Virus record (IMG/VR): IMGVR_UViG_3300026116_000002
Location: 1 to 64,000 of that record
DNA: 64,000 nt
Source of the DNA: a virus
Direction: 5' to 3' (one strand)
Shown here: in pieces, positions 8,967-18,137 of the stretch
Layout of the letters: each line of letters begins with the position of its first letter
Numbering within the stretch: position 1 is the first letter of the stretch
Notes under the pieces: model-generated
What the model was told of the DNA's origin: nothing
The model's database searches: none
Seen by the model: the letters and a program-made list of their open reading frames with translations, nothing else
Made by a program: the position numbers and the translations under genes

Positions 8967-9233
8967 TTATTGGCTGTCCCTGGCGCACGCTAGCGCCGTT
9001 CCGGCTTGAAGCTTGGCTATGCGCTCGTCGACCTCTCGCCGGTGGCGCTCGTGTTGCCTGACTCGCTTGGCATGTTCTATGCTCGTACGGTAGTCCGATA
9101 TCCGAAACAGCATGTCATACGGGGCGTATCGGCTATCGTCGTTGTGCTGGCGCTGGCGGCGTATTTTGCGCCTGACCTTATAATTGGCGTAGGTCAGCAA
9201 CTTGAGCAGGTTTTCGAGGTCTTCCTTTGACAT
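8967..9233 (-). CDS. Hypothetical protein
   Basis: RBS GGAG; operon packing. Confidence 0.5.
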   Translation of the reverse strand: MSKEDLENLLKLLTYANYKVRRKIRRQRQHNDDSRYAPYDMLFRISDYRTSIEHAKRVRQHERHRREVDERIAKLQAGTALACARDSQ

Positions 9234-9245
9234 GTGATTGTGCTC

Positions 9246-9473
9246 CTATATGTATCGGTCGGCTGTTTCGGCCTCGTGCCCTGGCTTGAACGATTGGGGA
9301 CAAAGCGTTAAGCAGTGCACCCCAACGGCGAACGGTACGTTGTTTATGTCAACGCCGTAATTGGCGCATGTGAACAAGTCGTCTCGTGTAAACGGTCTCG
9401 GGTAATGCTCGCATGGTCGACCGCTTGCACGATCCGCCATTACCATGCCGTTGACTACTATCACGGTTTTCAT
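9246..9473 (-). CDS. Hypothetical protein
   Basis: ATGA overlap with the upstream gene. Confidence 0.5.
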   Translation of the reverse strand: MKTVIVVNGMVMADRASGRPCEHYPRPFTRDDLFTCANYGVDINNVPFAVGVHCLTLCPQSFKPGHEAETADRYI

Positions 9474-9661
9474 TGTGTGCGCTCCTTCCTCGGCCTGCCC
9501 TGCGTGCGTTCCTTCAGGTACCGCTTGACCTCGCTTTCGGATATGGCTCTGTCGCGGCCGTGCATCGTGTACCGGAGTTTCCTGTTGGCACAGAGTTTGT
9601 CGACCTGGCTTTTCGAGAGACCTAGCGCGTCGGCGGCTAGTTTGGTTGTGTAGTCTTTCAT
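9470..9661 (-). CDS. Excisionase/HTH_17-like DNA-binding protein
   Basis: MKDYTTKLAADALGLSKSQVDKLC...GRDRAISESEVKRY...GRPRK; start moved to 9661. Confidence 0.75.
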   Translation of the reverse strand: MKDYTTKLAADALGLSKSQVDKLCANRKLRYTMHGRDRAISESEVKRYLKERTQGRPRKERTQ

Positions 9662-9870
9662 TGGCCTTGCGTTCCTTTCTGCCTTGGCTCTATGCATTCG
9701 CGCTTTTTGACAATGCGGAACGGTATACCGGGTTCGTTCTGGCGGTAGTCTTTCAGGTAGCCTTGAGCCTCTTTGCGCGTGTCTGCGGCAGTGACGCATT
9801 CGTAGCTGTCGCCGTATCCGTAGTTGCCCTGGACTTCCCAGTAATCCTTGGTCTTGCGTACGTATGGCAT
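9658..9870 (-). CDS. Conserved phage early protein
   Basis: YVRKTKDYWEVQGNYGYG...LKDYRQNE...FRIVKKRE. Confidence 0.75.
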   Translation of the reverse strand: MPYVRKTKDYWEVQGNYGYGDSYECVTAADTRKEAQGYLKDYRQNEPGIPFRIVKKRECIEPRQKGTQGQ

Positions 9871-9896
9871 GGCCGTTCAATCCTTCCTGCTATGGC

Positions 9897-10403
9897 TCAC
9901 AACCAACGCTGTGTCAGTGCGTACCCGCCGTCATTGTCCCAACCGGACGTATTGCCATTGCGGCCGCAATACTCATGTTTCCATGGCGTTTCCGGCGATA
10001 TTGTTCTTGGCCTGTTTAGGCTTGTGCATAATCCGTTGCCGGTCGCCGTGCTATCATCGTCTTGCTTGACGCATCGACGTAAGCCGCACTTCGTGCAAAC
10101 TTCGCCAAACCCATTGGGGAACAGTGCACGGCTCAATTCGTAAACCAGTGCGAAGCCCATGTCCATACCCGATCCACCAACCTTGACGGCCTCTTGCCTA
10201 TCGTCAAAGCCGCTCTGTGTAGCCTTCGCCACTAGTCGCGATATCCAACGTGGCTCATTGTTTTTGATTACGTAGCACGAGATTGTCCGACTCATGCCGC
10301 TTCATGCCACTGACTTGACGATTGTGTACACGGTGTCTCCTGGTTGCAGTAGTTCCTTCAGTGATGCGATTGCTTCGGCTGTCTCGGTCTTTGTCCATGC
10401 CAT
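9897..10403 (-). pseudogene. Phage early protein interrupted by an in-frame TGA
   Basis: ORFs 10302..10403 and 9897..10295 share a frame: GDTVYTIVKSVA*SGMSRTIS...GGSGMDMGFALVYELS. Confidence 0.7.
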
Positions 10404-10496
10404 GGTGGTAGTCTCCTGTGTCTGCTTGATTGTTGGTGCTTGTCTGCACTCCGCTAGATCCTGCCCGTGTGGTGACAGGATCATGCGCAGGGTAGA

Positions 10497-10727
10497 TTAT
10501 TTCTTCCAGCCGAATGCTAACTCGTGAGCTTCGGTACGTCTTGTAACGTCAAGCGCGTTTGCGACGTTTGACTGGGCTAATTCGAGCGCATCGCGCTCAT
10601 TGTCAGGCAAGGTGCTTCGAGTGCCGTTTGGACATGCTTTTTCGTATAGCTCAAAGAATGATCGATATTCATTCTCATACGCTTGAAACTCTGGAGAGTC
10701 CCAATACGCTTGCAATGCTTCGCTCAT
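10497..10727 (-). CDS. Hypothetical protein
   Basis: MSEALQ start after AAGGAAGGA. Confidence 0.5.
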   Translation of the reverse strand: MSEALQAYWDSPEFQAYENEYRSFFELYEKACPNGTRSTLPDNERDALELAQSNVANALDVTRRTEAHELAFGWKK

Positions 10728-10746
10728 TGTCGGTTCCTTCCTTCGG

Positions 10747-11040
10747 TTAGTGGCTAATGTAAACTGTGCAAGGAGCTTGCTCCTTGTTGTAGATGGCATC
10801 TTGCGCGTTACCTGCCGCAATCCACAACAGTCGCACGCGGTTCATTTCGTCATCGGCCAATTCTTGCTCATCCCACGCGCCGTACTCGCTCAGGTAGGCT
10901 CGAATGTGCTCTTTGGGTATGGTGTTCATCTGCCGCTTGATAGTCGGCAATTCGAGATACTGGCGACATGCCGGTTCTGCATCTTGACCGGGTTGTGTGC
11001 AGTCGTCAATCAGTCCGCGTGTGAGCTTCAATGTGTACAT
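10747..11040 (-). CDS. Conserved phage early protein
   Basis: IRAYLSEYGAWDEQELADDEMNRVRLLWIAAG. Confidence 0.75.
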   Translation of the reverse strand: MYTLKLTRGLIDDCTQPGQDAEPACRQYLELPTIKRQMNTIPKEHIRAYLSEYGAWDEQELADDEMNRVRLLWIAAGNAQDAIYNKEQAPCTVYISH

Positions 11041-11052
11041 GATCGCATGCTC

Positions 11053-11388
11053 CTACTTGATTAGTCCGGCCAGTTTGTAAATGCGTGCTAGCCGTCGACC
11101 GGATATTTCACGGCCCATCATGGTAATGTGTACCGACTCATTACGTTCGGTGCACGTGCTGTAATCGTCGATAGAAAAGCCGGTTGACGCCCATGTGTGG
11201 GGTGAGCAGTTCTGCATGGTGCAAGGTGAGCAGGATAGTTCGGAACAGTCCTCAAGCTCACGGAGAACGTCGTACAGGTCCATAGCGCTATCCTCGAATA
11301 CAAACCCGTTGTCCGAAAAATCGCCATTCTCTGCACTCTCGGGTGTCACCTCGTCATATGTCCGACTAACCTTGTAATGTGCCTTCAT
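11053..11388 (-). CDS. Conserved phage early protein
   Basis: TYDEVTPESAENGDFSDNGFVFED. Confidence 0.75.
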   Translation of the reverse strand: MKAHYKVSRTYDEVTPESAENGDFSDNGFVFEDSAMDLYDVLRELEDCSELSCSPCTMQNCSPHTWASTGFSIDDYSTCTERNESVHITMMGREISGRRLARIYKLAGLIK

Positions 11389-11465
11389 GGTCGTATGCTC
11401 CTTTTTGATTGCTAATTCGTTCCGTCAATCCCTACTCATGAGCGAATAGAGATTGCCGCAAGGGA

Positions 11466-11903
11466 CTATTCAGTATCGTCGTCAAGCTCTTCGTCTTCGT
11501 CGTCTTCAATGTCGATATCATCACCCGGCCAATACCAGGTTTCGCCGTGTGAGCCGTCCTCATCAAACTCCATCCCGACAGGGACTAACCAGCAATCGCC
11601 ATCCTGCCATACGAAGTATTCGACGGCTTTACCGTGCCGCATGATCGTGCTATCGTAATTGTCGACGAGTCGGGCATTGCCTACAACATCGTTCCAAACA
11701 TCCCAATATGCCTCTCCAGTTTCGGCATGGTCGGGACCGTTCTCTAAGCACGTCCATTCATCCTCACTGACACCGGTAACGTCCCTGTTACGGTCGGCAA
11801 AGCTAGTAGCGAAGTCACGCGGGATATAAATGCCTCGCGAGTCCGATAGCCAGAGTATCGGTTGCGGGTTGATTTTGTATGTGGTTGTTTCGGTAGTTAG
11901 CAT
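11466..11903 (-). CDS. Acidic phage early protein
   Basis: LSDSRGIYIPRDFA...GPDH...YWDVWNDV...WQDGDCWLV; acidic tail. Confidence 0.75.
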   Translation of the reverse strand: MLTTETTTYKINPQPILWLSDSRGIYIPRDFATSFADRNRDVTGVSEDEWTCLENGPDHAETGEAYWDVWNDVVGNARLVDNYDSTIMRHGKAVEYFVWQDGDCWLVPVGMEFDEDGSHGETWYWPGDDIDIEDDEDEELDDDTE

Positions 11904-11985
11904 GTGTTTGTCTCCTTATAGCCATCATCAGCGTACGCATTACGTACGGACCCACCCGAATGTTGGAGTTCAGGGAGGTTTCGGC

Positions 11986-12159
11986 TTAGTGTGCGGGAAT
12001 GATGATAAAGTACTTTACGGTCTTATAGATGTAAAAGCACTTGCGAACCGGACTGTCGTGACCGCAAGGTTTGGTTTCGCGGTAGCACTTGCCGTGATTC
12101 ATTACCTCGCGCAATTTATCGTTAGTATCCTTCGATAGATCGTAGATCGGCTGCTTCAT
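11986..12159 (-). CDS. Hypothetical protein
   Basis: MKQPIY start after AAGGAGACACC. Confidence 0.45.
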   Translation of the reverse strand: MKQPIYDLSKDTNDKLREVMNHGKCYRETKPCGHDSPVRKCFYIYKTVKYFIIIPAH

Positions 12160-12571
12160 GGTCGGTGTCTCCTTGCGGTTGGTATTTAAGTTGCTTACGA
12201 AAGTATGATCTAGCGAATAACCCATGCTCCCTGACCGTCGTAATACTTGATTCCGCACGGTAGGATGCAGATTGAATGCTTGAATGATATGGATTTGCCG
12301 ATTGATCGACGCGTCTTGATTACCTTTTTCATGCTTAGTTGCTCCAGTGATTGATTTTTAAGTGTAAGCGGTTCACAATCCCGTTTCAGAGTTGAATAGC
12401 ACGAGTACTAACTATCCATATCACCCTGTTAGACAATGTGCGCGTTCGGTATAGAGATAGTGGACTACGATTACCGTTTCCGGCGGTCTCGTTAACCTGT
12501 CAAACACTGCGCGCCCTTAATGCGGGTCATTGCTTCATCTCGCCGCGCTTCCCTGAACCGCTTACGAAAGT

Positions 12572-12600
12572 ATGATACCATGATATCTATTGACTGTCAA
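12572..12600 (-). promoter_or_regulatory. Leftward promoter at the divergence point
   Basis: TTGACA-17 bp-TATCAT, overlapped by palindrome CTATTGACTGTCAATA. Confidence 0.75.
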
Positions 12601-12745
12601 TACTTTTGTGAAAATAAGTTAGAGGGAATTAGACGGAGTGGGTTGAATGGGGATTGACTATTGATGTAGTCAATAGTTGGGTGTGGTAAGATGGGATTAT
12701 CACGAATAGTCTTGATTAAACATATCTATAGGTATTGAACTGTTA

Positions 12746-13756
12746 ATGTCTAGTGCACTGGCAACCATTGGGGAACGTGGGGTAAGTGAGCGATGGACCG
12801 ACAAACTAGAACGGTTTGTTGGGTTCTATTGCGGTGATGCTCGGTTCAATGCAACCATAGCTGCGGAGATGGCCGGTTACGCCGTGCCTACTACCTCCGG
12901 CTGGGAGTGCATGCAGCGGAACGACGTCAAGCAAGCCATCAAACAGCGATGTGCTGCATCGGCGATGCACTCCGAGGAACTACTCATGCTCTTAGGGCAT
13001 GAAGCAAGGGGGCCGGGTGATTACATCGACGTGGTCACGGAAGAGGTATGGGAAGGTGAGGGCGATGAGGCAAGGCTAGTCAAGCGAGACCGTATAGTAG
13101 TAGACGTGAAGGCGATGCGCCGGGATGGCAAGCGTTCTCTTATAAAGAAGGTGACACGCGGGCCGCATGGCGATAGCGTTGAGTTTGTTGACCCGCTAGC
13201 GGCGCAGGCAATACTAGTCAAGGTCCATAACCTGGACACGGGTAGTAAGGCCGATGAAGCTGCCGGACTTACAGAGGCACGGAATGCCGCGTTAGCTGCG
13301 ATGGCAGGGCTAGCGGGTATGGCGTTTGCGGCAGGGCAGGCATCGGCAGGAGTACCGCCGAATACATCGGGTTATTCGTCGACGAATACGACAGATGTCG
13401 TCATAGCTGCGAGCGATGCCCAGGCGACTGCGGAGTATGGGCCGAACGCGACGGCTATGATAGTCGACGTTCAACGCGGACTAAGCGAGTTAGCGGTTAC
13501 GCCGGTTGCGCCGAACGAGAACGGCTACTTACCAGGGGATGCGCAGGAACAGACAGGCAGGAGTACCACCGGTCAAGCTCAGACGGTCGCGGGGGCGCGT
13601 TTGGAGAGTGCCGCGACTGATGGCCCACCTGGGGAATTGGGCGCGTCAGCGGACGTTGTAGAGGCAAGCATGGGCATGTGTATGCTGTGCGGGGAGCAAC
13701 CGGCGAGCAAGCAGATGAGAGGAGGCGCGAAAGTCTGCGAAAATTGCGTTCCGTAA
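12746..13756 (+). CDS. terS: Terminase small subunit with long C-terminal extension and Zn ribbon
   Basis: KLERFVGFYCGDARFNATIAAEMAGYA HTH; IKKVTRGPHGDSVEFVDPLAAQAIL; terminal CMLC...CENC. Confidence 0.8.
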   Translation: MSSALATIGERGVSERWTDKLERFVGFYCGDARFNATIAAEMAGYAVPTTSGWECMQRNDVKQAIKQRCAASAMHSEELLMLLGHEARGPGDYIDVVTEEVWEGEGDEARLVKRDRIVVDVKAMRRDGKRSLIKKVTRGPHGDSVEFVDPLAAQAILVKVHNLDTGSKADEAAGLTEARNAALAAMAGLAGMAFAAGQASAGVPPNTSGYSSTNTTDVVIAASDAQATAEYGPNATAMIVDVQRGLSELAVTPVAPNENGYLPGDAQEQTGRSTTGQAQTVAGARLESAATDGPPGELGASADVVEASMGMCMLCGEQPASKQMRGGAKVCENCVP

Positions 13757-13759
13757 GGC

Positions 13760-13788
13760 TTGACATAGCGTTGAGACTGTGATATACT
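13760..13788 (+). promoter_or_regulatory. Sigma70-type promoter
   Basis: TTGACA-17 bp-TATACT. Confidence 0.75.
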
Positions 13789-13820
13789 TAATGTATCAAA
13801 CGAACATATGGAGTAGCGCA

Positions 13821-14027
13821 ATGGACCTATTTAAGCACAGGGATATACTAGCGGCGGCGGTAGTGTTAGGGATATCGGTAGGCTATATGATCGTGCAAGG
13901 TGGCGTTCCTGCGGAACCTGAACCGACAGTACGCGAGATTTGGCTGTTACCGTCGATGCTCGCGACGTTTGTATGTGCGCCGTACATACTAGGCCGCATG
14001 GGCACGAAGGATATGCCGATGCCGTAA
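13821..14027 (+). CDS. Small two-TM membrane protein
   Basis: GGAG RBS; two hydrophobic segments. Confidence 0.55.
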   Translation: MDLFKHRDILAAAVVLGISVGYMIVQGGVPAEPEPTVREIWLLPSMLATFVCAPYILGRMGTKDMPMP

Positions 14028-14281
14028 GGCGCGTTTGTGCGTAGGCTGAAATAGGGGTCCCAATTCTCGGATGGGGCGGGTAGATTGCACGGTGGAGTAA
14101 GTACCTGCCCCCGAGAGAAGGGGGTGGGGTGTTGTGGGTGTGCGTCTCCCACCATCCCCGACTACCCACTCAAACCCAACTCTAAAACTTAACCCAACCC
14201 CAACCAAAACCCACCTACCCAAAACCCCAAAAATTTTTTAAAAAAATTTTGCCCCGAAAATAAATTACTATACATTTCAAC

Positions 14282-14310
14282 TTGACACAACCTGCCCACA
14301 GCGATATACT
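14282..14310 (+). promoter_or_regulatory. Sigma70-type promoter
   Basis: TTGACA-17 bp-TATACT; upstream ACTATACATTT also precedes the 18194 promoter. Confidence 0.75.
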
Positions 14311-14345
14311 AATCCCAAGACGAAAACACTACGGAGGATTAGACA

Positions 14346-14813
14346 ATGGGCAATTTCAAGATCGAGATCGAGGCAGTCGGCGGGCACGGCGTGGCCCGAG
14401 ATATCAAGCAGGGAGAGGCGATCCCTTACGAGGACGAGACGATCGTCCAGCAGGACTCGCCTGACGTGATGGTCTACGACTTCTTGGCCGAGCTTCACAA
14501 GGCTGGTAACAGCGTGGTCAGTGCCCGCCTCATCCACTGGCCGGATACCACCCCTATCATCGACAACCTGCTTACCTCGACGCGTGAGCACGGCGACTTC
14601 CAGGAGAAGTGGGAAGGCGACAAGTTGCTGGCGTATTTCCAGTTCAGCCACCTGCCGGAAGGCCCGCTGCGCGAGACGAGCCGCCTCTTTTGCCATATGG
14701 CCTATCGCATAGCACGGACGATCCCGAGCAGCGCCGAGCGCACCGTAGCCCTGCGCAAGTTGCTCGAAGGCAAGGACGCGGCGGTACGAGCGATGCTCCC
14801 TGTCAACCGATAG
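14346..14813 (+). CDS. Two-domain protein with C-terminal helical hairpin (candidate Acb2/Tad1-like sponge)
   Basis: YFQFSHLPEGPLRETSRLFC...SAERTVALRKLLEGKDAAVRA. Confidence 0.6.
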   Translation: MGNFKIEIEAVGGHGVARDIKQGEAIPYEDETIVQQDSPDVMVYDFLAELHKAGNSVVSARLIHWPDTTPIIDNLLTSTREHGDFQEKWEGDKLLAYFQFSHLPEGPLRETSRLFCHMAYRIARTIPSSAERTVALRKLLEGKDAAVRAMLPVNR

Positions 14814-14822
14814 GAGGACATC

Positions 14823-15353
14823 ATGACATCTCAATTCAAAAAAGGCGACAAGGTTCGAATTAAGGATAACCTACCCGAAGTCCTTACTGAACTTGGATTT
14901 GACTGTCCGCATGCTACAGACCCGCTTATCGGGACGATGCAAACGGTTTACGACGTATGGTTCGACGGTGAACAGCCGTATTTGACAGTTGACCTGTGCG
15001 TGGAAATCCCTGAGCAATGCTGCGAGTTGCATGATTCATTAAGACTAAGCAGCGGCATAGCTCTTCATCTTCTTGAAGAGCCGAAAGTTACCACCCACAT
15101 CGTAGGCGTTGAGATCGTCGTTCAAGGGCGCTGGCTGCGCCAAGTATGCTCGTGGTGCGGCAAAGTTCTGACTGACTACGACCTCGCTAATATGGCGAGT
15201 TCAGATGGCAAGTCTATCAATGGCTGGCAGGTTGGAGTGCTCGTAGATGTGTCCGGGATTAACCCGGTTTGCATGTCGGTCAACGATCACGAGGACGGCA
15301 AATTGCCGGATACATTCTGCGGAGCGATGGAGACATTTGGGAAGCGCTTATGA
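14823..15353 (+). CDS. Hypothetical protein (SH3/KOW-like N-terminus, Zn-finger-like C-terminus)
   Basis: FKKGDKVRIK; LRQVCSWCG. Confidence 0.6.
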   Translation: MTSQFKKGDKVRIKDNLPEVLTELGFDCPHATDPLIGTMQTVYDVWFDGEQPYLTVDLCVEIPEQCCELHDSLRLSSGIALHLLEEPKVTTHIVGVEIVVQGRWLRQVCSWCGKVLTDYDLANMASSDGKSINGWQVGVLVDVSGINPVCMSVNDHEDGKLPDTFCGAMETFGKRL

Positions 15354-15688
15354 TAAACGCGCAGTTTGATCCTGACAGTATACACGGTCGCCTTACGGCT
15401 TTCCTTGACGAGTGGAGCATCAGGCACTTCGAATGGCGCGAGCGCATTGGGTTCAAGCGGCCGATCACTTCACACCTCGGCATTCTTCACTCGAAAGTCT
15501 ACACGCGGATCGTTGATGTGGAAGACGGAGATTATAAGAGCGTAAATGCGTTTGTAGACATGTCCACTGGTGATATCTACTATCCTGCAGGATGGTGCAA
15601 GCCCGCGAAGCACGTCAGGGGCAACCTGTTCTCGGAATGCGGCGGGCTAGAGGCGCTTGATGGGCATCATATACGCACTCTGAGCTAA
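15350..15688 (+). CDS. Conserved phage protein
   Basis: SVNAFVDMSTGDIYYPAGWCKPAKHVRGNLF; ATGA overlap start. Confidence 0.7.
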   Translation: MINAQFDPDSIHGRLTAFLDEWSIRHFEWRERIGFKRPITSHLGILHSKVYTRIVDVEDGDYKSVNAFVDMSTGDIYYPAGWCKPAKHVRGNLFSECGGLEALDGHHIRTLS

Positions 15689-15998
15689 GGAGGTGATGTC
15701 ACATATACCCGTACCATGGACAATTCATTCCGGGCAACGTATAGATCAGCGGTCGGCCTCTACAGTGGGCCGCTGCTCTCAAGCCTGACCCGTGGCCCCT
15801 AACGCCTAACACCAAACACCAAAACTCTTACCAGCCCAAACTCTTAGTAAGGCTTCAGCCCCGAACTCTAACTACACCGCCAACTTTTCATAATTTGCAG
15901 TAACCCGCAAAAATTTTTCAAAAAATTTTCCGCCCGAAACTAAAATGTGATTACCAGTAGTGTCTACCTGTGGTATACTTACTACTGGAGGATCACGC

Positions 15999-16325
15999 AT
16001 GACAATCATCGAACTCGCCGCGGACATACGCGCATCAGGCATAAGCAAGATTGAACTGTCGAAGCTCTCGGGGTGTATCAGTAAGGGCATCCTTACTCAG
16101 CGCCCCGATGCGACGTTTCTAGCCAGCCCGCAGACGCACCACGCGCTAAAGCATGCCACCAAACTCGACCTGGATGGGTTCTGGCGGGCATCCGGGTTTC
16201 ACGCGTTCATACCGAGGCTCATTGCTAATGACCACGTGCCGGACAACGAGATACGTGTGATGGACAACGGCGAGCACGTCGCATCGACCCGTACCACCGG
16301 CTACGAGGGGCCGCAGGATGCCTGA
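15999..16325 (+). CDS. Hypothetical protein
   Basis: TGTGGTATACT extended -10 and GGAGG RBS upstream. Confidence 0.55.
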   Translation: MTIIELAADIRASGISKIELSKLSGCISKGILTQRPDATFLASPQTHHALKHATKLDLDGFWRASGFHAFIPRLIANDHVPDNEIRVMDNGEHVASTRTTGYEGPQDA

Positions 16326-16554
16326 CAAGTACCAGAAGCAGAAGAACTACCGCGCCCGTACCATCGCGGTCGTCAAGGCCGTCCACGCGGCCCTGCCCCG
16401 CATGATCGCGGCCTACAACGCCCTCCCTGACGACCTGAAGCGCCCCGAGGACACGCAGTTAACGACTGACAAAGCCGTGCTCGTCAGCGTCACGCTCGAT
16501 GCGGTGTGTCAGGTGCTGGAGCGGATGGCAAATAACACAGGAGATCACGTATGA
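16318..16554 (+). CDS. Hypothetical protein
   Basis: Overlapping operon packing. Confidence 0.55.
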   Translation: MPDKYQKQKNYRARTIAVVKAVHAALPRMIAAYNALPDDLKRPEDTQLTTDKAVLVSVTLDAVCQVLERMANNTGDHV

Positions 16555-17000
16555 AAGCCTTAACATTAACTCAGCCGTGGGCGACACTCGTCGCGATCGG
16601 TGCCAAGCAGGTAGAAACGCGCAGTTGGAACACTAACCATCGTGGAATCATTGCGATCCACGCGGCTAAGGGTTTTCCGAACAAGGCGAAGCGTCTCGTT
16701 GAGACCAAGCCGGTTACCGAGGCGCTAAGTCACAGCCCGGAATACCTACGGCCAGGAGTATGCCTCGGTCGGATCATCGCCATCGCGGAAATAGACGGCG
16801 TTTTTTCGACCAACTACGCTAGCGAGGTCTATAAACTCAGCGAGCAAGAGAGGGCGTTCGGGGATTATTCTCCGGGGCGGTTCGGCTGGAAACTAAAGAA
16901 TGTGCGTAGGCTGAAGGTTCCGATTGAGGTGAAGGGGGCGCTCCAACTTTGGAATTGGCAGCCTCCGCTTGATCTCGATGAGTTGCTGGAGGGTGCTTAA
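16551..17000 (+). CDS. ASCH domain protein
   Basis: MKALTLTQPWATLVAIGAKQVETRSWNTNHRGIIAIHAAK...FGDYSPGRFGW...VKGALQLW. Confidence 0.9.
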   Translation: MKALTLTQPWATLVAIGAKQVETRSWNTNHRGIIAIHAAKGFPNKAKRLVETKPVTEALSHSPEYLRPGVCLGRIIAIAEIDGVFSTNYASEVYKLSEQERAFGDYSPGRFGWKLKNVRRLKVPIEVKGALQLWNWQPPLDLDELLEGA

Positions 17001-17399
17001 ATGTCCAGCAGCAACATGGCCGGGACAATTATCAAGGAAATCCGCACCAGCCGTAGCGAGTCTCAAGCCGATCTCGCCAAGGTGGTCGGCACGACACCGA
17101 ACACGGTATCGCGGTGGGAAACCGGGCAGTACAAGCCATCTGTAGAAGACCTTTGGAAGATATCCGAGCACTACAAGGTCTCGGTAGCGAGGTTCTTCCC
17201 GAGGAACACGGCCCCACGCGGCCTGAACCTCGTCAGCAATGTGCACATCTGCGATCAGTGCCTTGACGGCGCGGGTGGCGAGTGCCATACCCCCGGATGC
17301 ATCCTGTTCCTCAATCGCGGGCCTGACATTCCGATCAGGGACTCAGTGCTCTTAACGAGCGGGACGATCGAGCCGTTAGGCAGCATGAGTGAGGAGTGA
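17001..17399 (+). CDS. XRE HTH regulator fused to a Cys-rich module
   Basis: SQADLAKVVGTTPNTVSRWETGQYKPS plus ICDQCLDGAGGECHTPGC. Confidence 0.85.
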   Translation: MSSSNMAGTIIKEIRTSRSESQADLAKVVGTTPNTVSRWETGQYKPSVEDLWKISEHYKVSVARFFPRNTAPRGLNLVSNVHICDQCLDGAGGECHTPGCILFLNRGPDIPIRDSVLLTSGTIEPLGSMSEE

Positions 17400-17402
17400 A
17401 CA

Positions 17403-17597
17403 ATGGCAAGGCGAAAGTCACTGAGCACACTACTGACTGAGAAGTGTGCCGAGCCGGTTGATGGCACTGTCTTAGTCGAGGAGTGGCCATTCACGGTGTC
17501 AAATCACTTCCATGACATTAGCCAGTGCTACATGGTGGAGTTGTCATGGGCGCTTAAAGTCATGAGGCTTGTCGAGGCACAACCTAAAACTCAGTAA
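17403..17597 (+). CDS. Hypothetical protein
   Basis: GAGGAG RBS. Confidence 0.45.
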   Translation: MARRKSLSTLLTEKCAEPVDGTVLVEEWPFTVSNHFHDISQCYMVELSWALKVMRLVEAQPKTQ

Positions 17598-17603
17598 CAG
17601 CTA

Positions 17604-17890
17604 GCGCACCCCCAAGGCCGCACACCCGGAGAGGGGTGCAGCGATCCCGAGCAGCAGTACCTATTGGGGAATTCTGATCGGATAGTGAGCAGGCCGAGGA
17701 GCTATCCTTGGGGTTGCGCGAAAGGCTGTCCGAGGACGCCGTAGCGGACAGGTAACCGGGCATTTAGTATCAGGCATTCAAAGTCCTGCACCCGAGACAA
17801 AAGACCAAACAGGCGTGATATCGTAGAGACGGAAATCTAGGTCTAGTTCATGGAACTTCATCCGGTGGACGCCGGTACGGTCTAGTACAC
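17604..17890 (+). ncRNA. Candidate structured non-coding RNA
   Basis: About 300-nt intergenic gap; 17604-17617 pairs with 17706-17719 (13/14); further hairpins CTGTCCG/CGGACAG and GGATAG/CTATCC. Confidence 0.45.
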
Positions 17891-17902
17891 TAAGGAGGCA
17901 CT

Positions 17903-18124
17903 ATGAGCACTGAGCTAAAACAAGAAGTTCAGCCGATAAACTGGTACTTATACTCAGGGTATCGAGCTTCACTCATTGAAACAAGGCGAGACGCAGAGTT
18001 AACAAAGCTTGACAAGTACCTAAGCGCCCGAGTCTCTTGGGCCGATGATCCAGAGGTAGAACGCGCCGAACTTGAGCGCGTAATGAACAACCCGGACCTT
18101 CTCCGTAGGATATACGGGGATTAG
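17903..18124 (+). CDS. Hypothetical protein
   Basis: AAGGAGG RBS. Confidence 0.55.
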   Translation: MSTELKQEVQPINWYLYSGYRASLIETRRDAELTKLDKYLSARVSWADDPEVERAELERVMNNPDLLRRIYGD

Positions 18125-18137
18125 TACCACCGGCATC

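Noticed and set aside
9897-10403. Genome-wide TGA recoding
   Set aside because: Many genes end in TGA with ATGA overlaps; only one internal TGA was found.
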